NCBI GenBank assembly: GCA_030704615.1
Contig: JAKLZA010000091.1
Coordinates: 1 to 25,000 of the forward strand
From: Takakia lepidozioides
Lineage: Eukaryota; Plantae; Bryophyta
Length of the DNA stretch: 25,000 bases
Reading direction: 5' to 3'
This document shows positions 1 through 9,990 of the stretch, piece by piece. How positions within the stretch are numbered: the first letter of the stretch is position 1; each line of letters starts with the position of its first letter. The position numbers and the translations under genes are program-made. Below the pieces are notes generated by a model that was given only the letters and a program-made list of their open reading frames with translations, ran no database searches and had not been told where the DNA came from.

Positions 1-19
1 GTTGTCACTTATTCATTGA

Positions 20-800
20 GTCAAGGGTATAAGGTGGATAAGACGCTCATAAAAACCATATTAGGGCTAGAAATCTTAGGAGAGTCTGCAGACTTTGCAA
101 CGTATGGGATAAATGTCAATCTTTGGACTAGTAGAACTTACTTGTAGAGATATTTGTGAGGGATGATGTGAAGGTGAAGTATCCTTCAATGGTGCCGACA
201 TTGGAAATTTGGCTACATATTATTTTTTGTGTCATCAAGAATGAGAAAAATTGTTGCATGTGCAACTAGGGCCACATATAAGAAATGAGGTTGAATTAAG
301 AGACCAATGGACATACAACAGTTGATCGAAGCAATGGTAATCCCCATTGACAAGTCTTTCAAGACGTAGCAAAATCAGTTAAAGGAATTGCATGCTGCCG
401 CTGTTCACATTGATCATTCACAGACAATGGTGATTCATGTTATGGGAGATGTAAGCAACCAGGATCAGTTGACTTGCATAGATTGACATGATATGTTTTA
501 TTTAGCGAATGAGCATTAGAATAATTGGGACGATGGCGTAAGACCAGGAGTTGAAATGAAATGTTTGTGTGAAGATGCAAAGACTATTTGGTACTAAGGA
601 ACCTAGAGATTGAAACCACAATTAAATGGAAGAAAGGGAGAAATGAGTTATAAGTGTTCATCATGATTGGGATAAACCCAAGTTTGTAGGATCTTATGAA
701 CGTTGTTTTATAGATTAGGTGCAATTGTATCCAAATTGGGAAGTTTGAACATAGTTGAAGAGAAGATATCGACATATCATTACTAAAGAGGATTTTGACA
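20..800 (+). mobile_element. Highly degraded Ty3/Gypsy integrase (Zn-finger to GPY/F region) remnant
   Basis: Across frameshifts and stops, motifs occur in the expected order: KVDKT...ADF..WDKCQ (HHCC-like, ~30-120), HSQT(N)G (~415-432, cf. HPQTNG), YVLFSE, KDYLVLRN, KPKFVGSY (~674-697, cf. GPY/F), FYRL, DISLLKR. A purine tract aaggagggggag at ~881-892 could be the PPT. Confidence 0.45.
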
Positions 801-1309
801 AAATTGAAATGATGGAGCCTACAGTGGGAGTAATGTTACTCCTTTGAGAGTTCGAGCAAGTTTGGCTTTTTGCCATTGTACAAGGAGGGGAGCATGAAGA
901 AATAAGGATGGGCTTGATACTCTTCCGTATAATTGGCCGAAGATATCAATGAAGTTTTTCTCATTCCAAGAGTATTATAATGGTTATAAGTGTTATAATG
1001 TTATGGCTTCCGTTGTCCAAAATTATTTTTTATTCCGTAAAAATAATATTTGGGGCGACCACAATAGCTATGGTCATAAACAATCAGTCCCGGAGGAGAT
1101 GTTTGGTGGAGTCAAGGCGTATTTCATCTACTTATGAGTGTTACAATTTGCAATAGCTCAGCATATTCTGATGTAAGTCAAGGTTTGGCCATCGGAATGT
1201 CTAATCTAGTTGTTGTGCTCTCTATGATAAAATGGTGCTGGAAGATGAGAAATCAAATTGATAATGACTGTATAGGTGTAGCTGTTGAAAGTCTTGCTAA
1301 AACTAATAG

Positions 1310-1376
1310 TTTCAATCATGAAAATGATTGTCTTGATAAAAATGATGGTCTTGATAAAGATAATGGCCTTGATTGA
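1310..1376 (-). repeat. Short ~18-19 bp tandem repeat (ATCAAGAC-core minisatellite of the Helitron family), reverse orientation
   Basis: gattgtcttgataaaaatgatggtcttgataaagataatggccttgat is the reverse complement of the atcaagacaatcattttt units at 2470-2515, 3618-3690 and 6445-6610. Confidence 0.7.
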
Positions 1377-1409
1377 TATTTGCTTTTAACGTTTTCAAAT
1401 GTCTCCAAA

Positions 1410-2152
1410 CTATGCTTTTGCTCTATTTATCATCTTTAGTTTCCATTTTTTGTGGTGCTTGGACCAATAATTTAACTCCTATGAGTTGAAACTAAACTCC
1501 GTGTTTTTTATTACAAGAGTTCATCCAATACCTAATGTTACACTTGATGGCAACAAGATCCCTTGAGTTTATACAATCTCCCTTCATTAGATGTTCATTT
1601 TTATTTAACACCCCTATAGTGTTATATATGTCATTGTTAGCTGTGTTTTGACGTTTGACATTTGATGTCCAGCCAAAAATTTGGTGTTTGATTTATGGAC
1701 ATTTGTAGTAAAGCTCAGATTACTTCCACCGATCTATGTTAAATCTCCCCACGTCCTTTTCCAATACCCTATCCACTCACCAATCTTACTTGTGTACTCG
1801 AATTAAAAATGGTTATCTTTGAGTAGTATAGAAAATTCGATTGATGAAATTCTTCTATAAATGAGACACACTTATAGTTTCCAATTTTTCTGAGATATGG
1901 GAATTTGAAAATGCCTACAAAAATAAATATTTCTTTGTGCTGGACAACGGAGTATTCCATAAAGTACTATGGAAGTTAGAACTATAAGATAATTGTCTGC
2001 ATGTGTTGCCGACATTTACAGCATGGTGCTCATTCAATGAGAGATTATCATATATTTCATAGGTTATATCATCATGTCTAATTTCTTGATTGTCTTTTTT
2101 TGTAATATATTTTTTTAATCATTTCTTTGTTGTCAATTTCTGACATTGACAT
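1410..2152 (-). pseudogene. Helitron-associated putative OB-fold ssDNA-binding protein, copy A (most diverged; frameshifts and stops)
   Basis: Manual translation: MSMSEIDNKEM.../MEYSVVQHKEIFIFVGIFKFPYLRKIGNY.../LLKDNHF*FEYTSKIGEWIGYWKRTWGDLT*IGGSNLSFTTNVHKSNTKF/TSNVKRQNTANNDIYNTIGVLNKNEHLMKGDCINSRDLVAIKCNIRYWMNSCNKKHGV*FQLIGVKLLVQAPQKMETKEMINRAKA*. It aligns at amino-acid level with copies B and C. The SSB function is inferred. Confidence 0.6.
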
Positions 2153-2158
2153 GTTTGT

Positions 2159-2449
2159 TTAAATAGGTAGTGCAATTAGAGGATTTCTCGCAATCAGTAG
2201 TATCAAAGCCTGAGTTTTTTCCTCGCCACTATTCAGTTTCCCGTCTGCCATTCTCTTCCTACAGTTCTTTGCAATATGACCAACTTTCTTGCAATAAAAA
2301 AATTTGGCCTTAAATTTCTTCTTTTTGTTTGTAGGAGAACTTGACGATCCTTTGATTGATAGACTACTGAGACTTGTATTACTAAACTTATTTGCTTCTG
2401 ACATAAACTTCTTCTTATTTGAGTTAATTATCTTTTTACCAACAAACAA
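2159..2449 (-). mobile_element. LTR-retrotransposon (Copia-like) Gag fragment with CCHC zinc knuckle
   Basis: The ORF contains KKKFKAK-F-FYCKKVGHIAKNCRKR, a CX2CX4HX4C knuckle with the first Cys mutated to Phe, preceded by a Lys/Ser-rich linker. Confidence 0.7.
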
Positions 2450-2469
2450 TGCAACACTCTTAGAGGTTG

Positions 2470-2939
2470 TGCCATGAAGACCATCATCTTTATCAAGACC
2501 ACTATTTTTATCAACTTATATCGAGATCTTTCCTTCCTAATTCTGCTATTAATATCCTATGAACCACGGTCCACCCCTTTTTGTAAAACTTGAATATAGT
2601 TTGGCAACAATCCACCATTTCTTACGGAAAACAATGAAATATGTGTTGTAATATGTATATAAGACCATGATAGACAATCAGACTGTAGTGAAATAATTTA
2701 TTGAACATTTATGATAGCTTAGGTAGTAAAGGCACCTAAACTGTAGTACTCATTTTTGGATGTTATATACAAAGTGTAGTCGCATAGTCACCTTGGATTA
2801 AGTTTAGATGGTTATGTGGTGTTGGGAGCACTACAACAGTGAGCAAAATGGGGCAACGGTGTTGTGAGGATGTGACATATTTTCTGGACGTTGTTATCAG
2901 AAGTCGCCACTAGTAGTGCGGAGCAACGCGAGGCCCTAG
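2470..2939 (+). mobile_element. Helitron derivative, 3' portion ending in hairpin + CTAG
   Basis: Begins with ATCAAGAC units. 2570-2670 is homologous to 4300-4380 (ccacccctttttgtaaaacttgaatatagttt; aaacaatgaaatat). Ends gtcgccactagtagtgcggagcaacgcgaggccCTAG|t, homologous to the minus-strand end at 4435. Confidence 0.6.
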
Positions 2940-2999
2940 TTCTAGTAACGACTGAAGGTCGGAGACTAGTTTTAGCGTAGAGCGGAAATAAGGTGTCAT

Positions 3000-3584
3000 A
3001 GCACCACGTCGTAAGCCACATCATCATCTTTATTTTTCTTAGACTGCCCAAAGTACCCGAAAAGAAAACCGCAAAATGCAACCTCCTGAAATGACGTACC
3101 TGTTGGAAGCCCTTCAGAGTAGACAAATCGTCAGTGTGAATCGAACAATTCTTCATCTCTCAAGCCCTCAGACAAAGTTTTCTTTAAATTGGAGGATATC
3201 TTATATATATGTGAGTACATGAATAAGGTTAATGACTTGACAGCTTATTAGCAGAGGGCTTGCATAGATTTGGAGTAGATGGGTGGAGACAATTTAAATT
3301 TCACAAAAAAAGTTCAAAAGTCTAAAATAAAAAATTCCGATCCGACTGTTTCGACTTCAAACAAATGGCACAACATCACTGACAGTGACCTTTACAATAC
3401 CATTGAAATTATCAACAAAAAAGGCGAAAAGGTAAGTGAGAGATTTACAAGATATTGGCGAAATGTTTGAGGGAAAAAACACAACATTTCTTTCCAGATC
3501 ATAGGAGTCAAATTGTTGGCCAAAGCTCCTTTACACGTAGAAAATACGGATTATGTTTTAACCGTAGTTTGGATAAATTTTTAA
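3000..3584 (+). pseudogene. Helitron-associated putative OB-fold ssDNA-binding protein, copy B
   Basis: HVVSHIIIFIFLRLPKVP.../DKVFFKLEDILYICEYMNKVNDLTAY*QRACIDLE*MGGDNLNFTKKVQKSKIKNSDPTVSTSNKWHNITDSDLYNTIEIINKKGEKVSE[deletion]RYWRNV*GKKHNISFQIIGVKLLAKAPLHVENTDYVLTVV. Includes track ORF 3279..3470 read through its stop. Confidence 0.6.
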
Positions 3585-3758
3585 ACAAACTGTGTAAAAT
3601 ATTGAAAATAAATATCAATATCAAGATAATTATTTTTAATCATGATGATCATTTTCTGTGAAGATAATTATCTTTTATCAAGACAATAAAATTAAATAAT
3701 GAGCGACCGGAAAGATATAAACAACCGACTTCCGATCCAAACGAAACAAATGCTAACC

Positions 3759-4161
3759 CGCATCCTGCGAGTTCGAACGTAATATTAATTGGAAGCACAT
3801 AAAGTCCTCCACAAAGTCTTCACGGCTTCATTACAGATAGATTAATCCTAAGAGGTCATTATGCAATGATCTTATGGCCTTTTTAGGATACTCTGCAATT
3901 ACACCATCATCCGGTGGTTTCCTAGAGTAGTGCTTAAGTCTTCATAGGTGCTCCCTCCTTAGGTCTAGAGCAGATTTGGTCTTCAAACCTCTCTGAGGGG
4001 TCATGGTCGCTCATTCACTGTCAACGGTGTGTGTGCCTTATGGTGTAATCGGGGTTTTAATTTTTTTCCCACAATATTTATAAATAAAATTAATCAGGGC
4101 CTCTGTCCCCTGTTCACTTAAATAAAAAAAAAAAACTAAACTAAACTAAACTAAACTAAAT
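3759..4161 (+). mobile_element. 5'-truncated non-LTR retroelement (LINE 3' end or SINE-like) insertion
   Basis: Absent from the paired arm. Ends with a small hairpin cagggcctctgtcccctg, a poly(A) run and (CTAAA)5. Flanked by duplicated taacc (3754-3758 and 4162-4166). Confidence 0.7.
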
Positions 4162-4434
4162 TAACCGAAGGGAAAAATACAGAAAAGAGGGTTCAACTCT
4201 CCCTCACTTCTTGGGCATAGATAGAGGTAGTTGCATCAAACAATGAAATACGGAGACGTGACATTGTAGCTTCATCAACACTGTCATTCTTTTTCCAAAA
4301 AACAATGAAATATAGGATGTGTGTATGTAACACCATGGGGATGACCCACCTTTTTTTGTGAAAATTGAACATAGTTTTCAGAATTCGTCGCTAGTAGTAG
4401 TACTATTAAACCATCCACAATGTGCATAACCTCA

Positions 4435-5211
4435 CTAGGGGTTCGTGTTGCGCCACACTACTAACGACGAATTTTGAGAACTACGTTCAATGTTCACAAA
4501 AGGGGCGGGGTCATCCGCATGGTGTTATATACACACATCTCGTGTTTCATTGTTTCGCTCAAGAAGAATGGTGGAGTGTTGCCGAAGCTATCATGTCACG
4601 TCTCCGCATTTCAGTATTTGATGCATCTACCTCTATGTATGCCCAAGAAGTGAGGGGGAGTTGAACCCTCTTTTCTGTATTTTTCCCCTTGTTTAGTATT
4701 TTTTTCGTCTGGATCAGAAGTCAGTTGTTTATATCTTTTTCGTCGCTCATCATTTAGTCTCTCATCATTTAGTTTTATTGTCTTAATTAAAAATGATCGT
4801 CTTGATAAAATATAATTGTCTTCATTAAAAATAATCGTCTTGATATTGATATTTGTTTTCGATGTTTTACACTTTGTTCAAAGATTTATCAAACTATGGT
4901 ATTAATATAATCCGTATTTTCTACGCGTAAAGGAGCTTTGGCCAACAGTTTGACCCCTATGATCTGGAAAGAAATGTCATGTTTCTTCGCTCGAGATTTT
5001 GCCAATATCTTATATTACACTTGATGGCTACAAAGTTTCACGCATTAACAGACAATCCACTAATTTTCTCTCCTTTTTCGTTGAGAATTTCAATGGTATT
5101 GTAAAGGTCAATATCAGTGATTTTGTGCCATTTGTTTGAAGTCGAAACAGACGGATCGGAATTTTTCATTTTGGACTTTTGAACATTTTTTGTGAAATTT
5201 AAACTGTCTCC
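4435..5211 (-). mobile_element. Non-autonomous, internally deleted Helitron copy C with intact 3' terminus
   Basis: The minus strand ends cgtcgttagtagtgtggcgcaacacgaaccCTAG|t (hairpin gtgt-ggcgca-acac, CTAG at 4438-4435, followed by T). Same module order as copy B. Confidence 0.7.
4889..5211 (-). pseudogene. Helitron-associated putative OB-fold ssDNA-binding protein, copy C (C-terminal half)
   Basis: GDSLNFTKNVQKSKMKNSDPSVSTSNKWHKITDIDLYNTIEILNEKGEKISGLSVNA*NFVAIKCNIRYWQNL/AKKHDISFQIIGVKLLAKAPLRVENTDYINTIV*. Confidence 0.6.
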
Positions 5212-6444
5212 ATGTCTTCACAAAACTGTACGAAGGGGACAATGAGATGTCAGCTTTATATTGCATACCACTGGCCATGGAATATCAACCCTTAAAATTG
5301 GTTGTGGGTGTACTCTCCTCATGGTGGTTTGGTCGAAGAACAGATGAAACAAACTAGCACAGTTGTGTGTACTTCTTAGTGGTTTTGATATATTTTCGGC
5401 CCAGGATGACTACCTGATCAATGTTTCTATAGAGGATTGCTAGTAGGTATGTTCAATTTCCTGCCACACATCCAACTCGTACCACCCTCCTACAAATGTT
5501 CTTGAATGCCATCATATATACCTCTCTTTTAGACGAAAACTTGGTTTGTTGAAGGGTGGTCGGATGTTAACTATTTTGTTTTCCCAGTCCAATTAATTCA
5601 TATTTATTATTTTGGATCGCACAAGGGGAACAAAAATTAGATACTTAAATTGTTATTCATCACGAAATCTCAAGCTATATCCAGAGAATTATAATAACTC
5701 CTCATTGGGATTTGGTTTATTCCCTATTCATGACCGCATGCCCACATACCTCAATCATGAGGTAGACATTAAATTAAACATTGAACCATCATGACCAAAT
5801 AGAGAACAACCACATTATTTCACATGTCTTGGCTTTCACTCAATTATTTCCCATTGTCCTTTTTTCACTTTCTCACTTCATCATCATTTTTTTTTTTTTT
5901 TTCTAGAGCAGCTCTTTTCTTTTCTTTTCTTTTTCTAGACGGTACACTCCCGTCCATCGTTCCAGATTCCTTGAGGTGGTTCATTGTTCATCTTTGTGCA
6001 CCATTCAATTTCCATCCGTTTTAGCCAACCATGTAACATTGGTCATAGAAATATTTCCTTAAATGTTCATAAAATCCTAAATATGGATATGTCAAATTTG
6101 TCAATTGTTTCGAAATACGAATATCTAATCAATAAAAGAACTAACTACTATACTTTTAGCTTAAATTAACCCAATTAATAATAAAAGTTTCAATTAAACA
6201 TTTAACATTGGACATGAGAGATATAACCAGGACAGGGCACTAAACTAAAATTAGAAAGCAGCTGTTATACAAATCCATGGGCTTCAGTTCAAAACTTGTT
6301 ATAGGATGTTTGTGAGTTATTTGCATGATATGTTCTTTCTGGAATGTCTCTTTTGTAAAATAACATTGTAGAGAAGTGCAGCGTAGTTTGATAAATCATT
6401 GAACAAACTGTGTACAACATTGAAAATAAATATCAATATCAAAA

Positions 6445-6610
6445 CCATTTATCAAGACAATTATTTTTTATCAAGACAATTATTTTCATCAAGAAGATCA
6501 TCTTTTATCAAGATAATTATCTTTTATCAAGACAATCATTTTATATCAAGACAATTAATTTTTGTTAAGACAATCATTTTATATCAAAATAATGATTTTT
6601 ATCTCAACAA
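6445..6610 (+). repeat. Minisatellite, about 8 copies of a ~19-bp unit (ttatcaagacaattatttt)
   Basis: Directly visible tandem atcaagacaattatttttt / atcaagataattatctttt / atcaagacaatcattttat units. Confidence 0.85.
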
Positions 6611-6711
6611 TTATAGTTATCAATTCTATCAAAATTGCCAATGTACACATAAATACCATTATTTATTTGTAAGAAATAAAAACTTACATATATGTATAAC
6701 TTTAACTTAAT

Positions 6712-9700
6712 ATGGAAAAATAAATTGCTAATGGTAAGAGACAGAGAAAGTATGCTTTAAACAAAGAGAAACTAATATAGATTTAAACATCCATTTCAAA
6801 CCACGGAAATACAATCTCAATCAACTCCTAATCCAGACGAAACAAATGCTAAACGAAGGGAAAACTGCAACATCTACAACAAATCACGGAAATAAAATCT
6901 CAACTAACTTTCGATCCACACGAAATAAATGCTAAACAAAGGAAAAAAATACAGACTAGAAAATCCACAACAAACCACAAATCCAAATGAAACAAATGCT
7001 AAACGAAGGGACAAATATGCATTCCAAAAAACCAATATCCATTGATCAAAGATCAAATATGTGTTACACAAATCCCAACTTCATTACAGACAAAAATAAC
7101 AAAAAAAAACAACTGAAAAGAAACAAAAGCTAATGTATTGCAGTCCTGCAAAAGAACCAAAGAATAATCTACTCCCACCAGAAATATGCTAGGTTTTATT
7201 TATCTAATTTTAACGAATACATTAGCAATGCGACTTTCAATAACATATATTGTTGTGTTTGCCGCAAAGATAGAGCAACCTCTAATGGAGAATCGATGAA
7301 TTACGAAGGCGAAATCTTAAAACACATGAAAAAGTGGCTAAGTCTACAAGTAGAAAATCACTTAAAAGAATATATTATCCTAGAACACGTTCCGGAAGAA
7401 TTGATAAAAGACACAATTTTTTTTTTAAAAATAAAAAAATATTAAAAAAAATCAATTGGATGAATTAAATGGGTTGTTACTGAACAAACGAGTAATATCA
7501 AATATTGCACGTACCATCTTCATTTGTAAAGACTGTAGTTCCAGCTTGAAAAAAAACAGAATGCCAAAGTTTGCACTAGCTAATGGTTTGTGGATCGGAA
7601 AAGTTCACAACATTTTGCCAAAGATAACCATGGCTGAAGAAGCATTAATAGCCAGATATCAATGTCGTGTTATGTTGTTGAAATTACGATATATAAATAA
7701 AGGTGGAAAGGGACAACAAGCATTAAGATGAATTTTAGTAAGTTTTGCTCAAAATCCAAGTCGTGCGATTGAAGTGCTGAACAAATTGTCACCACCGTGT
7801 GAATTTATCTGATATTGTTGTTGTTCACTTCGTCGGTACTTCACATTCACATGTTGTAAAAATTTATAATTTGCTATACATACGTAGATTTGCAGTAACG
7901 CCACGGTTAACATGTTTGAAAAACAATCACACGTGATACAATGACGTTGAAATTGATACCAACATATAGGATGGTCTACCAGAGAATGATATTCCACCAT
8001 CAATCTTGAGATCGTTGTTTGAATCCACGGATATTGACTTTGCCAACGTTGAATATCGTACCAACATAATGGATTTGCACAATAAAAAAACGGCAAGTAA
8101 TAAAGACGACCCGACTATTCAATCCGTGATAGACACCTCCAGACTCATCGATTTTGACAGAATAGACATAAAACACGATGACCTAATCTCCAATGCCCTA
8201 CATGGATTGTAACTATAATAGAACATGTACTTGTTATACACGCATGAAACCGAAACGGTAAACGAATATGAATCCAAAACTGATCTCGTGCATGTTTCCA
8301 AAATTATTTTTGTTTGGAATTGACGTCACCGAAATAAAAAGTTGTCCAATTAAATTAACTTTGGAAGCCCACATTGAGTATTTGATGAGTCTAATTGACA
8401 TCCATCACGACTTTTTAAAACACCACTTATTTCCATTTTTCATGTTCAATTTGATACACGTCGACAGATATATCTGGACGCAAAAATGATAATGTCGAGA
8501 TCGTCATTTGAAAGTGAAACACAACTCCTTAATAATATCCATTCCGCAGACTTTAATGACATAATAGATTATGTTAAAATAATAAATAATAAACCGAAAA
8601 TACAAAAATTATTGCGACACTTGAAAGTAACAAATAAACACGTAATGGCATTTGGACGCAATCGTACAATATAAAGAAAAACATGATGCAACAGGTGGGA
8701 ACACGAAGTTTATTCTTCTCTTTGAATCCAGCATTCGTACATCATCCTCTTGTGTCCTTGCTAAGTGAAAACAACATTGATCTTCACATTTTTTTTGCCA
8801 ACAACCTCCCGGATCACAATGAAAGGGTTATCACAAACCCGAAATCTCAAGCTAAATTTGTACATATCATCGTGAATGCAGTTTTTAAAAATGTACTACG
8901 TGTCAAAGAGAATACCAAAACTACCACCACAAATACATGAGTACTTGGAAATATAAGCGCATATTACGGTTGTTACGTAACCGCGGAAAATGATTCACTT
9001 CAAATACACACATTACTGTGGCTAGAAAATGCCCCAAATCCAAATGACCTCGTTCAAAAACTAAAAGACGACGAAGAATTCAAACGAAAAATGTTGGCAT
9101 CTTTTGACAACAATATCATAGTATGCGGCTTGATCCAATTCAAACCAGAAATACCGGTTGACGACGATATTCCAACCACTATCATTGATTCCAACAATGA
9201 AGAAAACAATATAAAACCGAAATCCATCCATCCATGCGTTACTAGACCTCCTGATGTTCATAATAAAACATGATATATTGACTTTGTGCACGACGTTTCA
9301 AAACTGTTGAATGTATATAATCGTCACGTGCACAATCATGCATGCTACAAAACCAACGAAGATGTTTTCAAAAAGAATTGTAGATACAGATTACGCGCTG
9401 TCTTAGTTGAAGAAACACATTTTGACGACGAAACTGGACTACTGCATGTAAAACGAATTAATAGACAGTTGAATAACGCAAATTCATGGATTTTAGTTTC
9501 AGAAATATACAACCACGATTTGAAGTTCATCGGTGCTTCAGAAAAAGACGCAAAGGCTTTAATATACTATATTACGGATTTCCGTCCACGTCACACATAT
9601 ATTCGCTCTTGTAAATAGCCGTACAAAAGATTCAAACGACCTAAATGACAATCTACATTGCGAACATTCAGTTGAAAAAAACCGCAAACTATTAATTCGA

Positions 9701-9990
9701 TATTTAAACACAATCGGATCTCAACAAGAGATTATGGCGATAAGGGTAGTTAGTTACATATAATGAAATATCTAGATCTTTTGACATATCACCAATTTGC
9801 ACATCTGCTGCAGTATAGTTTATCGGCATGGATTCGTGAATAAGAACAATCTTGATCGAACACAGATGAATTTGAACAGCATAGATGACAATAACAATAA
9901 CGAAAACACATTCGAAACGTTCAAAGTCGTGAAAGAAATGTATGTGAAAGATATATATGAAAGATACTTTATTACTATATGTCAAAACTT
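6712..9990 (+). pseudogene. Helitron RepHel pseudogene, N-terminal part (DUF6570-like + Helitron_like_N + HUH Rep motifs)
   Basis: YCCVCR (~7250); ICKDCSSSLKKNRMPKFALANGLWIG...EEALIAR...QQALR; LPENDIP; MFPKLFLFG...FPFFMFNL; LFFSLNPAFVHHPL (motif 1); VLGNISAYYGCYVTAENDSLQIHTLLWLENAPNP (8941-9042, HUH motif 2, first His mutated); RHVHNHACYK...CRY; NHDLKFI...ALIYYITD (motif 3 tyrosines, ~9560); LNTIGSQQEI. Many stops and frameshifts. The start is uncertain. Confidence 0.9.
6830..7020 (+). repeat. Three dispersed ~35-bp direct repeats encoding (N/D)PxExNAKRRE
   Basis: atccagacgaaacaaatgctaaacgaaggga (~6831), atccacacgaaataaatgctaaacaaaggaa (~6914), atccaaatgaaacaaatgctaaacgaaggga (~6981). Confidence 0.8.

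Larger units (their letters stand above)
3000..4400 (+). mobile_element. Non-autonomous, internally deleted Helitron copy B (interrupted by a LINE-like insert)
   Basis: Order: SSB-like ORF, then gtagtttg...aaataaatatcaatatc, ATCAAGAC repeats, gatccaaacgaaacaaatgctaa..gaagggaaaaatacag (also at 6830-7020 upstream of Rep), then the 3' subterminal region ending gaattcgtcgctagtagt. Confidence 0.65.
3285..5211. repeat. ~1.9-kb imperfect inverted repeat (fold-back)
   Basis: 3285-3758 pairs with ~4692-5211 and 4167-4398 pairs with 4457-4691. The loop is ~4399-4456 and the left arm has an extra 3759-4161. Example: ggagacaatttaaatttcacaaaaaaagttcaaaagtc vs gacttttgaacattttttgtgaaatttaaactgtctcc. Confidence 0.92.

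Noticed and set aside
895-1062. 3' LTR after the putative PPT (TG...ggggcgaccaCA)
   Set aside because: No second LTR in the window to confirm the boundaries.
2812-3156. 114-aa minus-strand ORF (similarly 7749..8096 and 9704..10018)
   Set aside because: They are antisense to Helitron-derived sequence and show no recognisable domain.
4136-4160. Telomere repeat
   Set aside because: The unit is CTAAA, not CCCTAAA, and it follows a poly(A) tail of an insertion.
5780-6020. MuDR/MULE transposase C-terminus on the minus strand (PSRKRKEKKRAALE...CGCSLFGHD)
   Set aside because: Suggestive basic tract and partial knuckle, but the spacing is wrong, there are stops and low-complexity sequence, and no other MULE motif is seen.
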